64,000 nt of DNA, taken from Lama glama. Its lineage: Eukaryota. Position numbers and translations under genes: made by a program. Positions within the stretch are counted from its first letter, which is position 1. The number at the start of each line of letters is the position of its first letter. The stretch is taken from assembly GCA_028534125.1 (NCBI GenBank), contig CM052816.1, positions 63,366,001 through 63,430,000 on the forward strand. Direction: 5' to 3'. This document shows, one piece after another, positions 27,701-39,700 of the stretch. The notes under the pieces are model-generated. The model saw only the letters and a list, made by a program, of their open reading frames with translations. It was not told the DNA's origin and searched no databases.

Positions 27701-30700
27701 AATAAAATTCTTTTGAAGTAAAACATCTTTGGTTAGGTTAAAATATAAAATTTTAAATTTGCTCAGTATAGAATACATAACTAAATTTCAAACCAAAAGG
27801 CTGAAATGTAAAAGATGAATGAAATAGTTAAGTCAAATCTAAAACTATATGACAATATTTATATCAGATAAAATTTAAATGCAGAAGAATTAAAAGGTGG
27901 AATTAAAAAGTGGAAAATTAACCACTGCATACATTATTATATCACATAATTCTTCATTAAAGAATTTAAATACCATATTTTATTAAATCTTATAACAATG
28001 TAAAAAAGTACCAAAATTTTGTGCAGTGAATTTTTTTTTAAATTACAGATCAAAAATGCTAGAAATAAAAAAGGACACTGACATGAAGAAAATTGATTGG
28101 GGTATTTCAATAAATCAGTGTCAAGATGAAAAAGCAAAATAATGTGAACTAACAACCAACAAGTTGAAAAGAATAGATATACATGAAAGTCTGCATCTTT
28201 GATATCATTATTATTCATGTGACTATATTACAGAAATAGATCCTACAATAAGTCATTAAAATTCACACTAAGTTTAAGAAAACTGTGTAAGTAACATGTT
28301 GTATTTACAATGCAATGAATCCAGACCTGAATCATACACTTTAGTATCAGCAAAAAATTTTAACAATGTTGGGTCAAAGACGTCATCAGGGGAAAAATAA
28401 ATCACATAATCAGTCTGAAGAGTTTCACTTTGTATACACAACCACAAACATCAACTGGTACTGGCTAACCGTAGTAAGTTCAAATTTCCATTCTCCAACA
28501 TAACTATTTTATACCTTTGCTCCCCACAAACCTCTCTGATCTTACATACACTCCCATTCCAGCCTGTAACACTCAGTTGACATCTATGCTTCGTATGTTG
28601 TTGAGAAAATAGAAACTATTCTATGGAACACCTTCCCATCTCATTCCACTACAATACAGAAATCTGTCTTTCTACCTCCATCTAAAAAAACCCCTCCACT
28701 TGTGCTGAATCCCATACCTGCTTGTCTCCTTCAATTATCTCACTCTCTTCAGCCTCATCATACCCCTAAATTTTCATTCCAGAACAGTCAATTGTTGCCC
28801 AATTTCAACATTACTCTCCACAGTACAAGCTCTCATACAAGTTGTCAGTGCTCATAGTCTGTACTTACTTAACTCCAATTTAACCTACTCTAATTCTTTC
28901 GACTGCTCTTACTACTCCACTGAAATCCCTATCATCTCCACTGACCTCTCTGTACTACTCTTACTAGGACAATCGGCAACATTTGACAAAGCTAACCACT
29001 CCCTCTTTTGGGAAATATCCTCTCTTGGCTTGGTTTTCCTCCTTTGTCAGTAGACAGCTCTTCCCTGCTGCCATCTTTGATAGCTCCTCATGTGACCTTG
29101 AAGTATTTTTCTTCAGGAGTCTGCCCTGAGCAGAATGTTCTAACTGCTCTTTTCTTCCTAGGCAATCTCACCAATTCTTAGGCTTTATATATCACATACA
29201 AAGTGAGAACCACTTCACACACATTATCTCATGTTCACAATAATCAGGTAAAAATTATTTTTCCTTATTTTACAAATAAGGAAACTGAGGCTCACAGATG
29301 ATGATTATAAACCTAATGCAGTGGTGGGTGTACTTGGGATTGGCATCTATATATCTAATTCCAAATATGAGTTCTAACCCAATAAGAAAAACATATGAAG
29401 AAATATGTCAGTAAATTTTAAAAATGTATCCTAATGATTTAATTTGATTTACATGTAACTAAAGGTTAGTGTGAAAAAAATTACCATTAGTAGAGCAATG
29501 CACTTTTATTACCTGTTTATATAATCCTTAAAAAATTTATATATCTTTTATAAACACGTTAATATACTAAACCTTTAATACTGATAAGTATGAGTCTCTT
29601 TATTATAACTAATATTTTAAATTTTTCTGATAATTAACAAAATATACATGTTTACAGGAAAGCATTTATGCAACAGAGATTAATATTTTAATTTGTAATC
29701 TAGAGTAGAGGCTGGCAAACTACAGCTCACAGGCCAAATCCAACCCACATCCTATTTCTGTAAATGATGTTTTACTGGAGCACAGTCATGTTCATTTGTT
29801 AACATATTGTCTATAACAACTTTGGCAATGAAGCAGCAGAGATGAATAGATAGGACAATAAGTACACAGCCTGGGAAGCCTAAATTATTTACTATCTGCT
29901 CCTTTACAGAAAAAGTTTACCAACAACTGATCTAGAGTAATCCATTCTGTTCAAATAAAAATATATGAACATAACAGGTTCTAACACATGCTAATTTACA
30001 ATCAAATCATTTGGAAATCACTTAAGTTCAAACAACATAACCTAGAAAAGAATAAGAGAAACACAAATTGCAAATTAATAAGTACCTACTTAGTTATGTT
30101 TTAAAATTGTTCATCTAATATTCTGATACAGATCATTAGTTTATAATTTACACCAAAGACAATTTCTAAGAATCAAAAAACTACATTCCTAGACATCTAA
30201 GCAAAATTGAGAAAGGAAGGGGGTGGGTAGGGAATAAGGATACCACAAATGTTAATTTTTTCCTCTGGTTAATTTCTGTGATTGCTTTTCTAATTCCAAC
30301 ATTAGAATTTTTAAACCCTTCCTGTATTATAAACTATATCTTCAATAATGATTTGCCCTGCAGAAAACTGCTGCTATCAGTAAGATAAAGCAAAAAGATT
30401 TCTACTACTGTTCTCTACACAGCCTGTGGCACTGAGATGCCACAGAAACGGGGTCTGTTTGCTTGTGTTTTACCGCTTAACACTATATACTGCTTACTCA
30501 GTAAAATAATGTCAGGACTAAGTAGCATTAACACTTGGGGCTGAGGTATTATGTCTCAGTACTTATTCGGTAAGGTAGTAAGAGGTTGAAAAACAACTCA
30601 GTATCGTCCCAAAATATCTCACTTAACACACTGAAGTTTTATGTCAATTTTCAGTTTTGCTCACGATCCCCATTTTGACGTCCAAATTCCAAACAATGAC

Positions 30701-33700
30701 ATGCAGCTGAGTTCTTACTGAAACTTCTCTTTAACTTTGATATATAAGCCTACACTGAGTGACAGCTGTCAAGAAAAGATGCTACTGAAAAGGATCTATT
30801 ATGTTACTCAGTTCAGGCAAACTGACTTTATGTTTTTGTTTTTAAATGCTGAGCTTTTAAGCCCTGTTACATGACCTTTGCTTTACTGGCATGAGTGTAG
30901 GGAAGGCTAGAGAAAAAAAAAAAAAAAGATCCACGGTATCAAGTTTTTCCTCTTACCATAACTCTAAACCATCTTCCAGAAGATAAACATGTGGAGGCTG
31001 GGAAACATCTGTACTCAGTTGAATAACTGGGAGCAGGAAAGGGTACAGGTTCTTGCTGTCTGCTCCTAATCCCTATAGGAAGTATAAATAAAACTTAACA
31101 TAAGACACTCTATGGTCCCACCCCCCACCAAAAAAATCACCTATCATATAAAAAAGCCCTAAAACCAACTTATTAAAATAAATCAGATTTTTAAAGAATG
31201 GTCCTAATTATAAGCACTACTTACACAAAATTAGTTCAGTTTACAACTGGAAGTCAAATAGTAAAAAATCACTATTCAGTTGCCTAATGGCAATAAAACC
31301 ATATATACCAAGGCTACATACACCTGTTCATTTTAAGAGATTTCTCATGTAAATATTTATTTTTGCCTCTCTGACAACTGGAGGTATTAACATCAACATA
31401 TCAAATTTCACAAAGTATCTCACCTAAATAATCTAAAATGAACTCAATCTAAATATTCATCAGTAAGATAATTAAATTACAGTATCTTCATATTCTAGAA
31501 TACTGAGTAGCCATGAAAAAGGATTAGGTATGGAATAAAAACAATCTCAAAATGACAAACTGGGATTTAAAAGAAGTGTGTATAACAATTCCACATGTCC
31601 CATTTTTTAAATAACTATATATCTGATATGAAGATATATGCATAAAAATGTTTCTTAGGAGTAAACAGTAAAAACTGTTAACACTGGTTAAATATGGGTA
31701 TTGGAAAAGGATGTTGGAAGGGGGTAAAGGAGATTTTTTTAAAAAACTTTTTGTAAGCTTTTTTTAAAAAATGTGCACATACTACTTATTTAATGAAGAA
31801 TTTCTGCAAATATTTTTAACGAGCCAAGAATACAAAGATGGAGGAAGAAGAGGGGGTTTTAATCTAAATTCTGGTTTGCTTAATTACTGTCTTATGGGAA
31901 TGACTCAAGTGTATCACACTAAGTTTAAGCACTTTGAAAGAAAACAAAACAGTCAATTTGTAATGAAAACTAATCTCTATAATCTGATAAACAAAGAAAG
32001 GAAACCAAATAAACTATCCAACACCTCTTCACTTAGAAAGTAATTCAGATGTCAACATAGTTTATAGCAAATTACAATATAACACTATCCATGTGTATTT
32101 CCCTTTTGATGACCTATATATGCATATATATACACAGTAAGTTCACTTTTTATCAGCAGGGTATAGATACTTCAGTGGAAGTACATAAAGCTTATCCTTA
32201 AATATGTTAAGCTTGGCCCTTTCTATAATTAAACATCAGTTGAAAGACCTTACTAAAGATTTTTCCAAAGGAAGAGATTTATAAATATGTCTCATTTAAT
32301 AAAGCAGTATATTGTGCCTTAAAATTCAGTTAAATTTCACTCTCCAAAGCTTAATCCATAACAAAACAAAAAAGAAAACCCAGTAAATCTACTTACTCTC
32401 TCAGTTACAGTTTGTTATCTAGTGGCCTAAAGAATGAATATGTCCAATCTCAGATATGCAGCTTTAAGTAAATTTGAACATTCTGTCCATAATTAAAACT
32501 ACAAGACATTGTCTACAATACTATGAAAGCTCAAAAATAAATTCATCACTAATTAATAAAATTATCAGAAATGCTTAAAGGGGGAAATCACATTATACTA
32601 CATTACATAAAGCATGGAGGGAAATTAGGTGAAGGGTACAAGAGAATCATTCTATACTATCTTTGGAATTGCCTGTGAATCTGTAATTTCTTTTTAAAGT
32701 TAAGTGTGAAAAAAAGAAGAATGCAAAAAATTGGCATTTCTCAGGGTATTGTCTTTGGCTCTCATCTCATGTCCCACATACATGCTGATAATGTCCAAAT
32801 CTATTAACTCCAACCCAAATCTCTGAACTCTAGACACTCCAAACGACTACTGGACATCATCACCAGAAGGTATCTCAAACTCTCCAAAGTCTACCACTCA
32901 TCGTCTTCCTAAAAAAAGTTCCTCTTCCTGTATTTCCTAACTCAAGCAACATGAGCCATTACCCATCTAGTGATAAACTATATCACAACTACCTCCTGTT
33001 TCCTTTTTCTGCTCACCCTATATCTAAACAATTCTTAATTCTATTCTCTCAAATATTTTTCAAATCTTTGCCCTTCTTTCTATGGCTTTGTTTGAGGTCA
33101 TCATCTCTTCCACAATTAACAGAAAAGCTTCCCAGCTACTTTCCTTGACTTTAGTTTTACCCTATTCCAAACCAGTGTACCCACTGGTGTGCAAAAGACC
33201 CTTCTAAAATATAAATGATAACAGTTCTTCCTCAGAACTTTGAGAGATGTCCCTTATACCTTCCAAACCAGGCCCCTACGCCCAAGCTCTATATTCTGTG
33301 TGAAGCTATGCCAAACAAGGCCATACTAGAAATCATTATGTTAGTATCTGAGAAAGCTGGCAGATTTATTAACACATTCATTTACTACTGTTCCCTCCCA
33401 AGACCCAACAAGAGGATATATGAGGATGTTTTTTAAAAACCTAAACCCATAATTACAAAGATAGCATAAGAAGAGATAAAAGCAACTCATATTTGGAAGT
33501 TGGAAAGACAAGCAATAACTGACTTAGCAGACTCAAAACCAAAGCTAAAAGCCAGCAGTGAAAAGGAGCAAGGAACCCCTGATTTATATTAATGAAACTC
33601 CAAAAGCCTTAGGAATTGATAGCACTAGGTACTTTGGGAAGGGGAAGTTCAAGAGGATGAATTAAAAATAATAGGACCCCCCACCCCATTGACAGATGAC

Positions 33701-36700
33701 TGGATAAAGAAGCTGTGATACAGCCATATAATGGAATACTACTCAGCCATAAAAAGAATAATGTCATTTGCAGCAAAATGGATGGACCTGGAGATCATCA
33801 TTCTAAGTGAAGTAAGCCAGAGAGAGAAAGAAAATACCATATGATATCACTCATATGTGGAATCTAAAAAAATCTTAAAAAAAAGACACAAATAAACTTA
33901 TTTATAAAATAGAAATGGATTTACAGACATAGAAAACAAACTTACGTTACCAGAGGGGAAAGAGGGTGGGAAGGGATAAATTAGGAGTTCAAGATTTGCA
34001 GATACTAACTACTATATATAAAATATATAAACAAGTTTCTTCTGTATAGCACAGGGAACGACATTCAATATCTTGTGGTAACTTATAATGAAAAAGAATA
34101 CAAAAAGGAATATATGTATGTAGATGTATGACTGAAACATTATGCTGTACCTTAGAAACTGACACAACATTGTAAACTGACTATACTTCAATAAAAAAAA
34201 TTTTAAAAATAATAGGACCTCTAGTGTTTTAAAAGCCATCTGATGACAAGATCTCATCCATGTGTATAGTCAAACTGTCCCTTACTTGAACCACCACAGA
34301 TCTGGTCATTTATTTCTGGTAATGTAAAACAAATGGTCTCAAGACAGGGAGACATCAGGTAATCAACACCAGGGATACTATATACAACAGGGAGATAGAA
34401 CATGTAACAGACAGGAGACTAAAGGCTCTTTCACTGAGGAAAGATCTCAAACACATGGAACCAAAACATCTGTTCTGTACAAAACCCAGCTAGATCATCC
34501 TAAAGATGCACAATCAGCAAGCTTCCCATACATATTCAACCCTTCCAATTAGCTTTTTAGTGTTCAACTCTTAAATTTATACAAAGTGTTCATATGGTTC
34601 TTGAAGTTGAGTGATGGTTACCTAAGGATTCATTCTACTGTTCTTCCTTCTTTTGTGCATGCTTAAAATTTTTACAAGGCAAAAAAAAAAAAAAAAAAAA
34701 AAACAGGCAACCAAGGATCAACAGATATAATTAAATATCTAATACAAAAAATAGGAAAAAAACAAACAAATAAAAACAGCACCGCAAAACACACACAGAG
34801 ATAAAATCTTGGAAAAATATATCACTAACATTCTTGGTACAATAAAAGAAAACACTGCATTCATGAAAGACAGATGATGTAGATTGATTATTCAATGCAA
34901 AAACGAACTCACAGAAGGAGGGGTAAGGTAGGGGTATGGGATTAAGAGACAAACTAGTATGTATAAAATAATAAGCAACAGGGATATATTGTACAGCACA
35001 AATATAGCCATTATTTTGTAAAAATTTTAAGTGCAGTATAATCTACAAAAACATTGAATCACTATGTTATACACCTGAAACTAGTATGTCATAAATTTAA
35101 AATAAATAAAAATATTTTAATTAAAAAAAGAACTCACATTCTGAGCAATAAAGTGGCTGTTCATTTAAAACAAAACTGACAAACATTAAAAGTATTATAG
35201 CAGGAAAGAAATACTCAATAGAAAGGCTGAAAGATAAAGCTGAAGAAATCCCCCAGAAAGTAGAGTAAAAAGGCAAAGAGAAGAAAAAGAAGAAATCAAC
35301 AGTAAAAAAAATACAGGGGAAAATTTTTTCCTTCTTTAATTTTTAGGGAAAATCTAGAATTTTACACCCAAACCACTTACCATTGTGAAAACAGAGTAAA
35401 GACATTTTCACACATGAAAAATCTCAAAAAAAAATTTACCTCCCATGCATCTTTTGCAAAATGCCACTGGCATTCACAGGATACATCAGAAAGAGGAAGT
35501 AAAACAAGGAAGAAGACAGGTACAGAAAACAGGCGCCCTACAGAATGGACAGGCAAAAGGAATCCTTTTGATGCCAGTGAAAGAGTCCAGATGTAACAGC
35601 TGTGAACAAGCATACAGTAAAACTAGTGCAGATAAAAGCACATAAGAATCTTCCAGATTTCATGATGATGAAAGTAACAAAATACCTGATGTGTGTGAAC
35701 ACACTGACGGCATGTTTACATAACTGTGTACAGCATGGGTTCAATTACATAGGAAACTAAATGTAACAGGCAGGACTCCAAAATGACTACCTAAGATGAT
35801 TCTTGACTTGGTGTACACATGCCATTTCCCAGTTGTTCAATCAAACATTAATTTAGGTATTACTTCACAGATGTGATTAAGATCCCAAATCAGATGACTT
35901 TAATTAAGATAGGAAAATTATCTAAGTAGGTCTGACCTAATCACATTTGCCTTTTAAAAAGAGAGTTTTCTTTAATCTTTAATGTAAAAAGATACTTGCA
36001 CTCCAATGTTCATAGCAGCATTATTTACAACAATCAAGACATGGAAGCAACTTCAGTGCCTATTAACAGATAAATGAATAAAAAAGATGTGAGAGACATA
36101 TATGAAATCTTAATGATTTCAATGAAATATTACTCAGCCATTAAAAAAAGTGAAATAGTGCCATTTGCAGCAACATAGATGGACCCAGAGATTATCATAC
36201 TTAAGTGAAGTTAAGTCAGAGAAAGACAAATATTATATGATATCACTTATACGTGGAATTTGAAACAGTACAAATGGACTTATTTACAAAACAGAAACGG
36301 ACTTACAGACATAGAAAACAAATTTATGATTATCAAAGGCAAAGGGGAGGTGGAAGGAGGGATAAATTAGGAGTATGGGATTAAGAGATACACACCACTA
36401 TATATAAAATAGATAAATAACAAGGATTTACTATTTAGCACAGGGAACTATATCCAATAATAGAAAAGAATCTGAATAAGAATACATATATGTGTGTAAG
36501 TAAATACATGTGTGTGTCTATATATATATATAAATAACTGAATCACTGATATACACCTGAAACTAACACAAAATTGTAAATCAACCACAGTTCAATAAAA
36601 ACAAATAAAGTAAGTTTTAACAAAAAGAGAGTTTTCTTTGACTAATTACATAAAAGAAAGTCAGAGATTCAAAGCCTACAGGAATTTGACACTCAAGAAT

Positions 36701-39700
36701 TTCCCCACCGCTGATGCTGAAGATGGAGGGGGCGATGTATCAAGGAATATGGCCGGACTCTAGGAACTGAGAGGGGCCCCAAGTGACAGCCAGCCAGTAA
36801 ACTGGGACCCCAGTCCTAATCAAGGAATTGAATTCTGCCAACAAGCTGAGTGCTTATGAAAACAGCCCCCATGGCAGAATTTGGGCTGGTAGGCACCTCA
36901 ATTTCAGCCTGCCAGACCCTGATCAAAGAGTATAGACATGGTGTGTTGGACCTCTGACCTATAAAATTATCAGTTATTTTGGATTGTTTTAAGCCATTAT
37001 GTTTATGTTAATTTGTCATGCAGTAATAGAAGACTTATAAACTAAGCAAGAAAATTTTAAGAGTGGCGATTAAGAGGATGGTTGTACAAAAAAGAAAATT
37101 AACCATAACATAATGATATAAGTCTTCAGTAGGCTTTATACAGTCACAAAAATAAAGACACTAAATAGTTACCAAAATTTAAATTACAATCTAACTATAT
37201 TGGGAGAATGGGAGGATAGGCGTCACGTAGAGATGAATGAAAGAATTAAATCTTCATCTTCTGTACAGGGAAGTCAAGAGATAATGCCTACAAAGCTTAA
37301 ATCAAGAATGAACAATATGAATGAACAATACTTTATTTAGAGTCAGAGAAAAAGTCGAAGAGACAGGGCTATTAAGTGTTGAAAGTAGAGTCTTCCACCA
37401 AACAGGAAACGGAGATAATACCACTTTTCATAAAAAGTTTTCAAGAACTGACTCCTTAACTTATCTACATGCAAAACCAATCAATCAATAAATAAACAAA
37501 CAAAAAGAATCCCATTCTCAGATATCTAGGGGGCTTTATATATGCTGGCCCATTTGTGTAAAACATCTTTACCCCTTTCATTCCTGAATCACCATCTCAT
37601 TAACACTTCTTGCTTAACACTATCTAAAATCAACACTATTTGGATGCCACCTCTAAAGGAAGTCTTCCCCAACGTCCCACCTCACCCTCAAGTCCAAGAC
37701 AGATAACCCACCAAGTGCCTCACACCACCACATTTTAACTGCTTAAAAAAGCACTTAACTGCTCAGTCTGTCCCTGGGACTGGGATATTCACAAAGAGCT
37801 TGCCCTATTAATTTCTGTATCCCATTGCCTAGTACCTTGTACCGCATATTGCAAGTGTTCAAAAAATGTTTATCAAATGAATGAAAGTCTACTTCCACTA
37901 AGGCCAACTACTGCAGATGAGAAAGTTTATTTTCATCCATTATTACCCTCCTCAGTCAGAGATTATCAGTCGGAGCTCCCAGAATTTAGAAAACAAAAAC
38001 ATACAAATACACTAATATCTACCTATTAAATTTTAAAAGTCAAAATGTGGCTTGCACATTAACTATATTTCAATAAGAAAGTAAATAAATAAAAATAAAA
38101 GTCAAAAGATGGCAGTATTTTCCATGAAAGGAAATTTACCAATAACCATAGTACAATCTTCTCAAATGACTAAAATGTGACTTTAAGCTACAGTCTCAGT
38201 TTTAATATTAAATGTTATATGCTTTCTCCAAGAAAGGCAGATGATTACTTAGCTGGAACCTTGCACCCCTGGACTATACAAATACACAGGACACTTGAAT
38301 GTCATGATTAAAGGAAAAGACCCCACATACTCTAGTCATTCCACACAGGTTACTTTGGCTTCCTAAGATTTCCCGAGGTAACACTACCTAAAGAGACACA
38401 CTACCCTCCAGAAATCTCAAATTGAATTTAAAAACGCAACGGGCAGAGATATAAGGCAAAAGATGTGGGGATGACTCTTTGTTCTGATATTTACATGAGC
38501 CATATCAGGCTAATCACTAAGCTTCTCTTAGCCTTAGTATCTTCATCAACAAAAGGAGTAAAACCTTTCAGGATAATCACAAGAATTAAAGGGTAGACAA
38601 GGAGAGACACTATGCCAGATACTTATTAAACAGAAAGTACTTTAAAAAAATTTTTTGTATCACTAGTCGTGCATCTAAAATTGCTTTATACAGTAATTTG
38701 TAACTATAAAATTCACCCATAAATATTTACTGAAAGAATGGTTTATGTTTCAAAAAAGGATCAAGGTGACTAAAAAGGGTTTTTTAAAACTGATACTAGA
38801 AAGATTTTTTTTAATTTATTAGAACATTTGAGAGTAGTAATTCTCAATTCCAAGAGAGATCTCCCCCTTGGAAGAGCTCTCAAACTTTAGGGCAAGGGCA
38901 GTGAAAAAACAGGATGCTTGTGCCTCCCTGCAGCCAGATATTCTAAACCTTAGCCTTAAGTGCTTCCCTCTCCATCCTCTCATCACCAGAATCACTTTTT
39001 AACAGTTCAAATGAGAACTGCAGCCCCACCTCTCTCTCTCTCTCTCTCTGAAGTTTTAGGTTCCTCTCTACCTGCTGCATATCCCCATACCTCAAAGTCA
39101 AGATGTCTAAAATCAAATTTACTCCTTCCCTCAAAAGCAATTTACCTGTTTTTCTGCCTTCCCAATTTTTGAAAGGGACAAGTTTTATTTTAAACCAAAG
39201 AAAAAGAATGAAAATGGAGTATAAGTTTATGTAGAAAAGCCCTGGATACCAAGGAAAATGCATGCAAGGTACAACTGCACAAATCACTAATCTACCATCA
39301 CTGGGGACCACTGCAGCTAATCAAGAAATCATCTTTAAAAAGTAGAATATACTTTTTAGATGTCAAAAAATGTCCACAATAAACATACAAAAGGTGTTTT
39401 TAAACTGTTTAGATCACACATGAACGAGACATGTGATGCCTTTTACTACCACTAACATAAATCACATGAAAACAATAAAAAAGTTTAAAGAAAAAAACAC
39501 TAATAAGAAACTAATAAGGAGGAGTAACGTACCTGAACAAGATGAATAAGTGTTGTCAGAATAGCGCATCTCAGCATATTATGTTCTTCACTCTGCTTCC
39601 AAAGAAGAGGCAAATATTGTACCAAACATCCTACGTATGGTCGTATCTATCACAACAGAAGTAGGAGAAGCAAAAGAATCCTATTAGTAAAGAAGGCAAC

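Larger units (their letters stand above)
33370..37500 (+). mobile_element. HAL1/L1ME-like ORF1 element split by nested insertions
   Basis: ORF1-like ctcaatagaaaggctgaaagataaagctgaagaaatcccccagaaagtagag and gacattttcacacatgaaaaatctcaaaaaaaaatttacctcccatgca. Confidence 0.6.

Noticed and set aside
30907..30956. Strong-looking acceptor (T15-ctctag) after the exon ~21 donor
   Set aside because: It would define a 50-nt intron, too short for normal splicing, and there is no convincing partner exon.
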